Shown in pieces: positions 53,004 to 62,697 of a DNA stretch of 64,000 nucleotides. Made by a program: the position numbers and the translations under genes. The notes beneath the pieces are model-generated. The model was not told where the DNA came from, searched no databases, and saw only the letters and a program-made list of their open reading frames with translations. The DNA comes from PVC group bacterium (ex Bugula neritina AB1) (GTDB lineage Bacteria; GCA-001730085). The stretch lies in assembly GCA_001730085.1 (NCBI GenBank), contig MDLB01000108.1:9119-73118 (forward strand), read 5' to 3'. Each line of letters opens with the position of its first letter. Position 1 is the first letter of the stretch.

Positions 53004-53375
53004 GTGCCACGTATCGTAGGAGTCGATATTCCTAAAGAAAAACGTATAGAGATTTCTTTGACATATATCAAAGGTATCGGTCGGGTTTTGTCTAAGAACA
53101 TTCTTGATGAGGCAGATGTTGATACAAATATACGTGCCAAAGAGTTGAATGAAGATCAAATTAGTCGGATCGCATCAGTTATACAGAATGGATACAAGGT
53201 AGAAGGGGAACTTCGAAGAATGGTTTCTCAAGATATCCGTCGACTTATAGAAAATGGTAGTTATCGAGGTATGAGACATAAAAGATCTTTACCTGTTCAT
53301 GGTCAACGTACTCACACAAATGCGCGTACGAGAAAAGGACCAAAGAAGTCAGGCCAAGTAGGTCGTAAGAAGTGA
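53004..53375 (+). CDS. rpsM: 30S ribosomal protein S13
   Basis: RI.GVDIP, YRG.RH...LPV.GQRT.TNARTRKG. Confidence 0.98.
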   Translation: MPRIVGVDIPKEKRIEISLTYIKGIGRVLSKNILDEADVDTNIRAKELNEDQISRIASVIQNGYKVEGELRRMVSQDIRRLIENGSYRGMRHKRSLPVHGQRTHTNARTRKGPKKSGQVGRKK

Positions 53376-53406
53376 TTTTAAGTAAGAAAGTAGGGAAATA
53401 TATTTT

Positions 53407-53790
53407 ATGGCCACAGTAAAGAAAAAGAAAAAAGTTCTCAAAAATATTCCTTCTGGGATTGTTCATGTGAAGGCGACTTTTAATAACACTGTCATTACGA
53501 TCACAGATCAAGGTGGCAATACTGTATCTTGGGCCACAGCTGGGGGTTCGGGATTTAAAGGTGCACGCAAATCTACGCCTTTTGCGGCACAGGTGGCTGC
53601 TGAAACTGCAGCTAAGAAAGCTATGGAACATGGCATGAAAGAGGTTGAAGTTCAAGTAAAAGGTCCTGGCTCTGGTCGGGAAGCTTCAATCCGAGCTGTC
53701 CAAGCTGCAGGATTAAATGTAACAGTGATTCGAGATGTTACGCCCATTCCTCACAACGGGTGTAGACCTTCTAAAAGGCGTCGGATCTGA
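53407..53790 (+). CDS. rpsK: 30S ribosomal protein S11
   Basis: [26 protein letters not shown]. Confidence 0.98.
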   Translation: MATVKKKKKVLKNIPSGIVHVKATFNNTVITITDQGGNTVSWATAGGSGFKGARKSTPFAAQVAAETAAKKAMEHGMKEVEVQVKGPGSGREASIRAVQAAGLNVTVIRDVTPIPHNGCRPSKRRRI

Positions 53791-53814
53791 TTTATTTTGG
53801 GAGACTAAAAAACT

Positions 53815-54444
53815 ATGGGTAGAGCAATTGGGCCTAAATGTAAACTTTGTCGTTCTTCGGGTGAAAAGCTTTTTCTAAAAGGAAGTCGCTGTCATTCGGA
53901 TAAATGTGCTATGGAGAGAAGACCTTATTCTCCTGGTCAACATGGCCGTTCACGTGGTCGTAAGCTTTCAAACTATGGAGTTCAGCTTAAGGCGAAACAG
54001 AAAGCTAAAAAAATATATTGCGTTTTAGAAAAGCAATTTAGAAAATACTTTGATAAAGCAGATAGACAGCGAGGAGTTACGGGTACCAATTTGCTATGTC
54101 TTTTGGAACGACGTATGGATATGGTTGTTTATAGAATGGGATGTGCATTATCACGCCCCCATGCTCGTCAACTTGTGAGACATAATTTTTTTACAGTTAA
54201 TGGGAAGAAGGTCACTATTCCTTCATACCAACTTAAAGTTGGTGATGTTGTTGAAGTGAACACTAAAGAGGCGAGACAAGCTCACGTACGTGCAAATCTT
54301 GAGTTGACCTCCTCATTTAAAGTTCCTGAATGGTTGTCTTTTGAAGAAGGTCAGTTGAAAGGTTCATTTGTCCGCTTCCCTGAACGGGATGAAATGGATC
54401 AGTCAATCGATGAGCAGCTGATCGTTGAGTTGTATTCGAAATAA
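53815..54444 (+). CDS. rpsD: 30S ribosomal protein S4 (Zn-binding type)
   Basis: CKLCR...C....C, PGQHG, ARQLV.H, IVELYSK. Confidence 0.97.
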   Translation: MGRAIGPKCKLCRSSGEKLFLKGSRCHSDKCAMERRPYSPGQHGRSRGRKLSNYGVQLKAKQKAKKIYCVLEKQFRKYFDKADRQRGVTGTNLLCLLERRMDMVVYRMGCALSRPHARQLVRHNFFTVNGKKVTIPSYQLKVGDVVEVNTKEARQAHVRANLELTSSFKVPEWLSFEEGQLKGSFVRFPERDEMDQSIDEQLIVELYSK

Positions 54445-54464
54445 ATAAAGGGAGTTCCTCTATT

Positions 54465-55454
54465 ATGGGTATTCGTTGGAAAGAGTTTGAAATTCCAAAA
54501 AACTTAATTGTTGATCGTGCGACTCTTACGCCTTCTTATGGAAAATTTATAGCTGAACCTTTGGAACGGGGTTTCGGGACCACATTTGGTAATTCTCTCC
54601 GTAGGATGTTGCTTTCTTCGATTGAAGGTGCGGCTGTTACTGCTATTCGCATAGAAGGTATCGAGCATCATTTTTCTTCTGTAGAAGGTGTTTTAGAAGA
54701 TGTGCCTCAAATAATTTTAAATATTCGAGGATTGGTTCTAAAAATGGAGGATGCTTCTAAAAAAGTTATCACACTTGATGTTGATAAAGAAGGTCCTGTT
54801 ACCGCTGGAGATATTAAAACGGGCGCTGGGATTGAAGTTATCAATCCTGACCATTACCTTTTCACTTTAAGTAGTTCTCGGAAGATTTACATTGAGTTGA
54901 CAGTTTCTAGAGGAAGAGGATTTGTGACAGCTGAGGAAAATAGAGAAGAAGGTTTTCCTATTGGGGTTATACCAATTGATGTTGTTTTTTCTCCCATTGA
55001 GAGAGTTCAATTTAATGTTCAAGATACACGTGTTGTTCAAGTCACAGATTATGATAAGTTGATTCTGGAAATTTTTACCAATGGGAGTATTTCTCCTGTA
55101 GATGCTTTGAATCATGCTGCGGCTATTTGGAGAAAGTACTTGGGCGTTTTTCAAGAGGTTCCAGAAGAAGAGGAATATACTCAACAAGTTGCTAAGTTAG
55201 AGACAACTTCAGATCTTTCCTTAAAGTTAGAAAGAGATATTTCAGATTTAGAGCTTTCTGTAAGATCTGTTAATTGTTTGAAAGATGCGGGTATTGAAAC
55301 TATTCAAGATTTGGTGGTTAAATCTGAAGCTGAAATGTTAAAATACCGTAACTTTGGAAAGAGATCTTTGACTGAAATTTTAGAGGTTCTTGAAAATATG
55401 GGCCTTTCGCTAAACATGAAAGTTACTCAGTCAATGGAGTCAGAAGCCGAATAA
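54465..55454 (+). CDS. rpoA: RNA polymerase alpha subunit
   Basis: EPLERGFGTT.GNSLRR, LELSVRS.NCL, RNFG..SL.EI. Confidence 0.98.
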   Translation: MGIRWKEFEIPKNLIVDRATLTPSYGKFIAEPLERGFGTTFGNSLRRMLLSSIEGAAVTAIRIEGIEHHFSSVEGVLEDVPQIILNIRGLVLKMEDASKKVITLDVDKEGPVTAGDIKTGAGIEVINPDHYLFTLSSSRKIYIELTVSRGRGFVTAEENREEGFPIGVIPIDVVFSPIERVQFNVQDTRVVQVTDYDKLILEIFTNGSISPVDALNHAAAIWRKYLGVFQEVPEEEEYTQQVAKLETTSDLSLKLERDISDLELSVRSVNCLKDAGIETIQDLVVKSEAEMLKYRNFGKRSLTEILEVLENMGLSLNMKVTQSMESEAE

Positions 55455-55504
55455 AGGCTGGAGAAAAAAATAGAATATAGATTATTCGGAAGGTTTTGTT
55501 TATT

Positions 55505-55966
55505 ATGCGAGCACGTCGAAAATATAAAAAGTTGGGTCGGACATCTGCCCACCGTCTATCAATGTTATCGAACTTAGTGATGAGTTTGTATGAGCATGAG
55601 AGTCTTCAAACGACTATTGATCGGGCGAAGGAAGCATCTCGTTTGGCAGATAAACTTGTTACTCTTGGGAGAAAAGGGCAAGTTCATCATAGAAGATTAG
55701 CTGCGAAAGTTTTGTGGCGAAAAGAAATCGTTTCTAAGCTTTTTGATGATATCTCTAAAAGAAACTTAGAACGTCCTAGTGGTCATACTAGGATCATTCG
55801 ACTACCTGCACGTCGAGGAGATGCGGCTTCTATGGTTATTTGGCAATTGGTAGACAGGCCTACTCCAAAAACAGAAGTTGTTGATGCTACTCCTAAAGAA
55901 GAGAGTGTTCAAAAGTCACCTGAAAAAGATACAGAAGTTGTTGAAGTATCTTCTTCAGATGAGTAA
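55505..55966 (+). CDS. rplQ: 50S ribosomal protein L17 with acidic C-terminal extension
   Basis: KLGRTSAHR, R..G.TRI, RRGDAA.M. Confidence 0.96.
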   Translation: MRARRKYKKLGRTSAHRLSMLSNLVMSLYEHESLQTTIDRAKEASRLADKLVTLGRKGQVHHRRLAAKVLWRKEIVSKLFDDISKRNLERPSGHTRIIRLPARRGDAASMVIWQLVDRPTPKTEVVDATPKEESVQKSPEKDTEVVEVSSSDE

Positions 55967-55978
55967 AGCTTTTTTGTC

Positions 55979-56353
55979 TTGAGTCAAGCTATTCTATTGG
56001 TGGCACATGGGAGTCGTTTATCGAGTTGGGCTGAATCCTTTAACTATATACACCGTGAGATTCTAGAACTTTCTTCTAAAGATAATGTTTTTTTGTGTTT
56101 TCTTCAGATGATGTCTCCTAGTTTACCTGAGGCTTTACAGAATTTATATCAAAAAGGGTTTCGCGATGTCTTGTTGTGGCCTCTTTTTTTAGGGGTTGGT
56201 ATGCATGTCAAAAATGATATAGTAGAAGAACTTCAAAGCTTTTTAGAAGATCATCCTGATTTGAACTATAAGATATTGCCTTCTTTGGCTGAGGATAAAG
56301 AGTGTTTGGACCTCTTAGTTAAAAGGGGTTTATTTTTTTTGCAAGATCATTAG
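55979..56353 (+). CDS. cbiX: Single-domain CbiX/SirB-family metal chelatase
   Basis: LLVAHGSR, FL....PSL, PLFL..G.HVKNDI; both metal-binding His residues present. Confidence 0.82.
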   Translation: MSQAILLVAHGSRLSSWAESFNYIHREILELSSKDNVFLCFLQMMSPSLPEALQNLYQKGFRDVLLWPLFLGVGMHVKNDIVEELQSFLEDHPDLNYKILPSLAEDKECLDLLVKRGLFFLQDH

Positions 56354-56371
56354 TTTGTTGGAGATCTTTAA

Positions 56372-57646
56372 ATGGTAAACCTAAAGTGGCTTCGTGCTAA
56401 TCCTGACGAATTTCAAAAGATATTAGATGCTCGTAAAAGTGATTTTGATTTACAAAGTTTTTTAAGTTTGGATCGAGAACGACGTGATCTTTTGTTATCA
56501 GTCGAAACTTTAAAAAGTAAAAAAAATCTTGTCTCTTCCCAAATCGGTAAAGATAAATCTTTGAAAAATAATGTTGATTCCTTGATGAGTGAGATGAAAG
56601 ACTTAGCTCAAAAAATCAAGAGTATGGATCAGAAGGCGAAGGAAATAGATTTAAAAGTTAAGCAATTAGCTTACAAGATACCTAATCGATTACATCCGAC
56701 AGTTCCTTTTGGGATGAGTGAAAAAGAAAACGTTTTTGTTAAAGACTGGTATCCTTCTTCTGAAAAAAGTGATTTAGATCTTTTTAAGTCTCATGAAGAG
56801 ATAGGCGCTCGTTTTGATATGTTCGACTTAGTTCGTGGAGCCAAATTGACGGGTTCCGGCTTCGTTTTATATCGTTCTTGGGGTGCACGTTTGATCAGAG
56901 CCTTGATCAACTTTATGTTGGACTTACATATTAATAAACATGGGTATGAGGAAGTTCTTCCACCAGTTCTTGTGAACACTGCAACAGCTACAGGAACAGG
57001 ACAGTTGCCACATATGTCAGAAGATATGTATGGGATAGATGATGGATCTTTATATCTCATTCCTACAGCAGAAGTTCCTGTTACTAATATTTATGCCAAA
57101 GAAATTTTAGAAGAAAAGGATCTTCCTAAAACATTTGTTGCTTATACCCCTTGCTTTCGTCGAGAAGCAGGTGCTTATGGGAAAAATTCCAAAGGTATCA
57201 CTCGCTTACATCAGTTTGATAAAGTTGAGATGGTTAGAGTTGTTCATCCGGATACTTCCTATGATCACTTGGAAGGTTTACGTGAAAATGCTGAGAAAGT
57301 TTTAAAAGAGCTTGAATTGCCTTATCGTGTTGTCGAACTATGTTCATCGGATTTAAGTTTTGGTGCGACGAAATGTTATGATTTAGAAGTTTGGGCGCCT
57401 GGTTTGAATGATTTTTTAGAGGTTTCTTCGTGTAGTAATTTTGAAGACTTTCAAGCACGTAGAATGTCTTTGAAGTTTAGATCGGAAAAAGATGCCTCTT
57501 TAGAGCTTGTGCACACACTGAATGGATCTGGTCTTGCTTTGCCTCGTACCTTGATAGCTATATTAGAAAACTATCAAAATAAAGATGGATCCTTAACGGT
57601 TCCTCGTGTTTTACAAAAATATCTTGGTACAGATCTTATTAAGTGA
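56372..57646 (+). CDS. serS: Serine--tRNA ligase
   Basis: LIPTAEVP, FRREAG, RLHQFDKVE, EVSSCSN..DFQARR, HTLNGSGLA. Confidence 0.98.
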   Translation: MVNLKWLRANPDEFQKILDARKSDFDLQSFLSLDRERRDLLLSVETLKSKKNLVSSQIGKDKSLKNNVDSLMSEMKDLAQKIKSMDQKAKEIDLKVKQLAYKIPNRLHPTVPFGMSEKENVFVKDWYPSSEKSDLDLFKSHEEIGARFDMFDLVRGAKLTGSGFVLYRSWGARLIRALINFMLDLHINKHGYEEVLPPVLVNTATATGTGQLPHMSEDMYGIDDGSLYLIPTAEVPVTNIYAKEILEEKDLPKTFVAYTPCFRREAGAYGKNSKGITRLHQFDKVEMVRVVHPDTSYDHLEGLRENAEKVLKELELPYRVVELCSSDLSFGATKCYDLEVWAPGLNDFLEVSSCSNFEDFQARRMSLKFRSEKDASLELVHTLNGSGLALPRTLIAILENYQNKDGSLTVPRVLQKYLGTDLIK

Positions 57647-57734
57647 AAGTAATAAACTTATTTTGAAGGCAGAGTCTATCTGTAAGACTTAAAAGCAATA
57701 AGTTACCTCAAAACTTTTCCCCTATTAAAAGAAT

Positions 57735-58319
57735 CTATTTTTTTAATATTTTCTTGTAGCACGGACAACTTTTTAAGTGATCGTTTACCATTCCTATAGC
57801 TTGCATATAAGCATATATGATTTTAGGTCCAATGAATTTCATGTGACGCTTTTTTAAGGCCTTAGATACTTTCACACTTATTGAGGATAAAGAGGGGATG
57901 TCTTTGTATGTTTTCCATTCATTATGGATAGTTTTATTGTCAATAAAGCTCCATAAATATTTATTGAACGATCCGAATTTTTTTTGAATACTTAAAAAAA
58001 CCAAAGCATTATGCCGAACAGAATCTATTTTTAAACGGTTGCGGATAATATTTTTGTTTGAATATAAACTTTTGATTTCAAAGTTACTCATTTGAGAAAC
58101 TTTCAATATATCGAAGTCATGAAAAGCCTGTTTATAAGAGTTTCGTTTTTTTAAAATGGTTTCCCAGCTTAAACCTGCTTGAGCACCTTCTAATATTAAT
58201 GCCTCAAAAAGTTTCTGATCTTCATGCACAGGAAAACCCCATTCATTATCGTGATAATAGGCGTAGGTGTTTGAAATAGGTTTTTTACCAAAGCAAGGGA
58301 TGATTTTTTTATTATCCAT
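57735..58319 (-). CDS. tag: DNA-3-methyladenine glycosylase I
   Basis: YHDNEWG, LEGAQAGLSW, IIRNRLKI, MQAIGMVNDH...C; ATG 58319. Confidence 0.94.
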   Translation of the reverse strand: MDNKKIIPCFGKKPISNTYAYYHDNEWGFPVHEDQKLFEALILEGAQAGLSWETILKKRNSYKQAFHDFDILKVSQMSNFEIKSLYSNKNIIRNRLKIDSVRHNALVFLSIQKKFGSFNKYLWSFIDNKTIHNEWKTYKDIPSLSSISVKVSKALKKRHMKFIGPKIIYAYMQAIGMVNDHLKSCPCYKKILKK

Positions 58320-58604
58320 TAGTTCCCTTATTAAAAGTGTATTTAAAATGTTTGACAAGATTGATTGAAAAAATTTTTACTACTGTTATTGTTTAGAGAG
58401 AGATTAACTCCATTTATAATAGGAGCTTTTTCCTAAATGACAAAACTTTTTAAAAGAGCCCTAAAAAAAATATGAGCGATTTTGCATGGGAGGCAACATA
58501 TCTTTGCTTGCACATAACCTCTTGAATATGATACCTTTAAGGGGAGGGGATTTCTATAAAAAAATAATCCCTTTATGTGCTATATTCAATGGAGGATAAA
58601 TATA

Positions 58605-59603
58605 ATGAAATGTGACTTTATGGGGCTCTTACGATTCCCATTTGAAGATAAACGTTGGTTTTCCAAAATTTTAATCGCTGCACTTCTCGCGATGATTCCT
58701 GTTTTAAACTTTGTGACTGTTGGTTACCTTATGCTTGTTTTTCAGTCGGGGATTAGAAAAGAGGAGCGATATTTGCCAGAATGGTCTATTGCTGGAACGG
58801 AAGAACTTAATAGAGCTAATAGTATGGTGAACCTCTTTATTTTGGGAGTTATCGGTACTTTAAGCTTTTTAGTTTATGTTATTCCTATTATGGCTTTAAC
58901 TTTTATTTCATTTATGATAGCTGGTTTGGGTGATTTTTTGAATTACCTTGGAGGAGCGCTCGTTGTACTAGGATATATCTTAGGTATCGGTGTGGCTATT
59001 TGTTGTCCTTTTGTTATAGGAACATATCTAGAAACTGGAGAAATAAGAGAGATTCTATATGTTAAAAACATTTGGAATAAATTTTACGAAGTCAAAAAAG
59101 AGGCTCTTACTTTATACGCTGCTGTTTTGAGTCTTTCTATGCTTTCTATGCTCATGAATGCTTATTTTCCTCCATTTTTTATGGTTTTAACTGTCCCCTT
59201 GACGATTTTGCTGGCGATTGTTCTTTTTAGAGGGTTTGGTGAGATTTATCCCAGTAAGGTTCAAGAAATCTCAGAAGAGCCTTCTTCCTTAAACGCTATG
59301 GCGGACCTTGAAATGGAAGAAGCACAAAAAGAAGAGGATACTTCATCAGAGGAGTATTCTTCGGTAGAAAATTCTGAAGAAGCAGAACATGTTGAGGCTG
59401 AAGTTCATTCAGCAGAAGGCGCTGGAGAAGAAGAACCCGTTGAAGCGGAAGTTCATTCAGCAGACGAATCTGGGGAGATAGAAGCATCTAAAGATGAAGT
59501 GACTTCGGAGGAGAGCTTAGATCCTGAAACAAAGCCTGATGAAGAGAACGCTTCTGAAGACAAAGAAAAGGCAGAATCTTCAGAGGAATCCGAGAAAGAA
59601 TAA
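58605..59603 (+). CDS. DUF4013-like multi-pass membrane protein with long acidic low-complexity tail
   Basis: FPFEDKRWFSKILI, IP......GY, LPEW motif; ~110 aa E/S/A/D-rich tail; SD GGAGG before ATG 58605. Confidence 0.7.
   Translation: MKCDFMGLLRFPFEDKRWFSKILIAALLAMIPVLNFVTVGYLMLVFQSGIRKEERYLPEWSIAGTEELNRANSMVNLFILGVIGTLSFLVYVIPIMALTFISFMIAGLGDFLNYLGGALVVLGYILGIGVAICCPFVIGTYLETGEIREILYVKNIWNKFYEVKKEALTLYAAVLSLSMLSMLMNAYFPPFFMVLTVPLTILLAIVLFRGFGEIYPSKVQEISEEPSSLNAMADLEMEEAQKEEDTSSEEYSSVENSEEAEHVEAEVHSAEGAGEEEPVEAEVHSADESGEIEASKDEVTSEESLDPETKPDEENASEDKEKAESSEESEKE
59385..59480 (+). repeat. Two degenerate 48-bp tandem units encoding E.VEAEVHSA...GE
   Basis: Identical 17-nt core GAAGTTCATTCAGCAGA at 59400 and 59448. 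Confidence 0.8.
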
Positions 59604-59623
59604 AAAGCCGGTTGGGTTTTTTA
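59602..59623 (+). terminator. Possible intrinsic terminator
   Basis: AAAAAGCC-GGTTG-GGTTTTTT at the stop codon; short stem. Confidence 0.4.
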
Positions 59624-60466
59624 TGAAAAAACTTTAGTAAGAGTAACTTTCTTTTTATTGAACCTTTTTTTGCGTATAATCTTATGATTCATTTATGTCT
59701 AGTTCTTTTTAAAGAGTGTGGGATAAAAGCTTTTAAGATTATACACGTGGGTTTTTGAATTACTGCTGAAAATATCTTCCAAATGTATGAAAGTATATTT
59801 TATAGCACAAAACAGGTGGTCAAAAAAAACTCTTTCTTTGCTAGAAGGTTTATGTTGTGCTTTTTAAAAAGATTTAGCGTTTCTCTTACAAGTTTTTTTG
59901 ATAGCTTTATCATTATCCCTGGTTTTTATTTCACAAAAAATATTTCTTGAAAGCCATTTTCTTATTTCTAGTTATTTAGCTATTTCAAGGGCTAAACTTA
60001 TTAAAGTTATATTAAAGATCTTTCTGGATAAGCTTAGGGAAGAAGAAAATCATCTTTTTAAACATCTTTAAAGATATATGAAATGCTGTTGTTTTTTGCA
60101 TTGAGCAATGCTTTTTTTAGATGGTGTATTATTTTCTTTTTAAAAACAGAGACTCTTTGACTGTATAAACTTTGCTAAATAGATTAAAATCTATTCTGCT
60201 TTGAAAAAATATCTACAAAGAGATAACATTTATTATAAAATTTATTCGAAATAAAGAATAGACGGGCTTTTTTATACTTTTAAGGTGCTTTAGAATAAGT
60301 TCACGTTTTAAATTCGACAAAAATAATGGCTGCTTCTCTTTTCTTAATGAATACTTTATAGTTTGCATAAGAGGTGTGATATTTTTATAGAAGCATACTC
60401 TATTAAATATTTTAATCAAAAAACGTGAAATTTGTGTTAAAATGCTTTCTTCAAAATAATCATAGT

Positions 60467-60556
<90 letters not shown>

Positions 60557-60858
60557 TTTTTTATTTCTCGAAAAGTTTTTGCTAGATTTTCTTAGTTTGC
60601 GAAAGCGCCGCTAAACCCCCTTATTCATGGGCTTTAGCGCGTTTTAGTCTTGTAAAACATGCGTACCTAGAGAATCCTAAAATTACCCCAAAATCTCACT
60701 TTTTGTTCTCCAATGCTCCGTTACATGCGAACGTGGGTGCCGAAGGTATGCATCTATCAAACCCTTGATTTTATTGGGTTTTTGTAATTTTGGCACTTTG
60801 AGGTTCGTTTTTGGAAGGTGGGTGGCGGAGTACTCTTCGTTAGAGAAATCTCTTGAGT

Positions 60859-61817
60859 TTAGATGTCGCTGAAATTTCTTTTCTACCGGCTTGGTGTTGA
60901 TTTTAATACTGCCGTGTACCGAGTTAGGACAACAGATAAAACAGACTATTTCCTAAAGCTACGATCTGGAGATTTTTGTGAGCCCAGCATATTGGTTCCA
61001 CATCACCTAAAACAAATTGGGCTGTAAAATATTATCCGACCTATTGCAACCAAAACAGACGAATGTTGGACGAATTTAGATACCTTTAAGGTGGCTTTGT
61101 ATCCTTATATTAATGGGCGTAATGGTGTGGATACTAAAATATCAGAACAACAATGGCAGCAACTTGGGGAAGCAGTTAAAAAATTACATTCCGCTGATAT
61201 TCCTGAATCTATTATTAGCAATCTGCCAAAAGAAATTTTCTCATTGAAGTGTTGTCAAACGGTGAGATTATTCCTTGATCGTACCCAAAATGAAGTTTTT
61301 GATGAAGCTGTAGCTGCAAAGTTGCCTGCATTATTGAAATCTAAAAATAAAATCATCTTGGAGTTGATAAAACGAACAGAAGAACTTGGCTCCATACTGC
61401 AAAATCGATCCCTTCAACATGTATTATGTCATGCTGACATGTACGGCTGGAATTTGTTGATTGAGCAAAACAACCATTTGTATCTCATTGCCTGGGATAC
61501 TCTGATCTTAGCAGCAAAGGAGCGAGATTTAATGTTTATTGGTGCAGGTATTTGGGATAGTGGCTATACACCAACTGAAGAAGAATCATTGTTTTATAAA
61601 GGCTATGGGCAAGCCAATATAAATCAAGACGTACTTTGTTACTATCGTTTTAATCACATATTACAAGATATTTCTGAATATTGTGAATACATCTTCTTAT
61701 CTGATGAAGGCGGTGATGATCGGATGCAGTTTCTTGGACACACTACAACCTAATTTCTTGCCAAACGGCACGATAGAAAGAGCATACCATGCTGACAAAA
61801 TGAGGAATGTTTCATGA
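60859..61817 (+). pseudogene. Aminoglycoside phosphotransferase pseudogene (APH(9)/spectinomycin-kinase-like)
   Basis: LDVAEISFLP, frameshift at ~60889, LGVDFNTAVYRV...YFLKLR..., TAA at 61025, then VLCHADMYGWN, LAAKERDLMFIG; second frameshift ~61740 into LQPNFLPNGTIERAY; 5' end missing. Confidence 0.85.
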
Positions 61818-62041
61818 AGTTATATTTTATAGGTGGCGATAGTGGTAGCGGCAAGACAGCGATTATGCCAGAACTACAAAAAATATTAGTCAGTGAAATA
61901 AAGGCCTACGGTTTTGATGGTATTGGAGTACCTGAAGGTGCTGATAAAAAATAGCGCCAAGAATCTACCGAGAAGTGGCTGCAACAATTACTTGCAGATG
62001 GCAAAGATGCTTGTTTGCTTGGTCAAATTGTTTTAGGTTAA
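61814..62041 (+). pseudogene. Truncated P-loop kinase pseudogene
   Basis: MKLYFIGGDSGSGKT Walker A, in-frame TAG at 61952, continues RQESTEKWLQQLL...LLGQIVLG to TAA 62039; ATGA overlap with the APH stop. Confidence 0.75.
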
Positions 62042-62246
62042 ATTGTGGAAAAATTTACTATAAAATTGAAGCTGATATTTTAAAATCTGGTATTTGCTAT
62101 TCCCAGACCCAAGATAGTCAAAAGCAAGTGGGTGAGTGGTGCTTAAAAATTCTCTTTGATTATTTTTGCTATAGTGGAATCAATCAATTTACAACTTGCA
62201 GTACTGACACCGGCATCTTTTGCAAAATTAGACCATTTAGATACAG

Positions 62247-62531
62247 ATGACTTTACCTTATCACGTTAATGATTTTTATGATTTAATATCATCAATCTTA
62301 CAAACAAAAATAACTGCTAGCTTGCCATTGATGTCTCAGGGGGGTGATTTCTTAAATGCCGTTAGGGTTCTTTCAGAGTCTAATAAACGTTGGAATCATA
62401 CTTTGACCTTAGAAAAAATATTGAATCAGAAGTATACAATAGAAAAAATTTCTGCGTTTTTTGATATAAGAACTCTTAATAGTGTCGAAGAAGATTTGAT
62501 GGTATTTTTGATATCATATTTAGTTATTTGA
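62247..62531 (+). CDS. Hypothetical protein or gene fragment
   Basis: 94-codon ORF in the islet, no recognisable motif. Confidence 0.3.
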   Translation: MTLPYHVNDFYDLISSILQTKITASLPLMSQGGDFLNAVRVLSESNKRWNHTLTLEKILNQKYTIEKISAFFDIRTLNSVEEDLMVFLISYLVI

Positions 62532-62697
62532 ATGTTGGCCAAACATTCAAAATTAATGACGCTACTATCCAAAGCGAATGGATATTTCCTCAACATGCAA
62601 AGCCAGGACTTGTGCTATTGCGTGACAGATCTTACAGGTATATGTTTTTCCCTCAGGATTTTTATTTTTTAAATACTATTAATATTTATTGATTAAA

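Noticed and set aside
59385-59480. CRISPR array
   Set aside because: Only two in-frame coding units, degenerate, with no cas genes or leader
61975-62250. 91-aa ORF as a real gene
   Set aside because: Its 5' part is an alternate frame of the P-loop kinase pseudogene; no recognisable protein features
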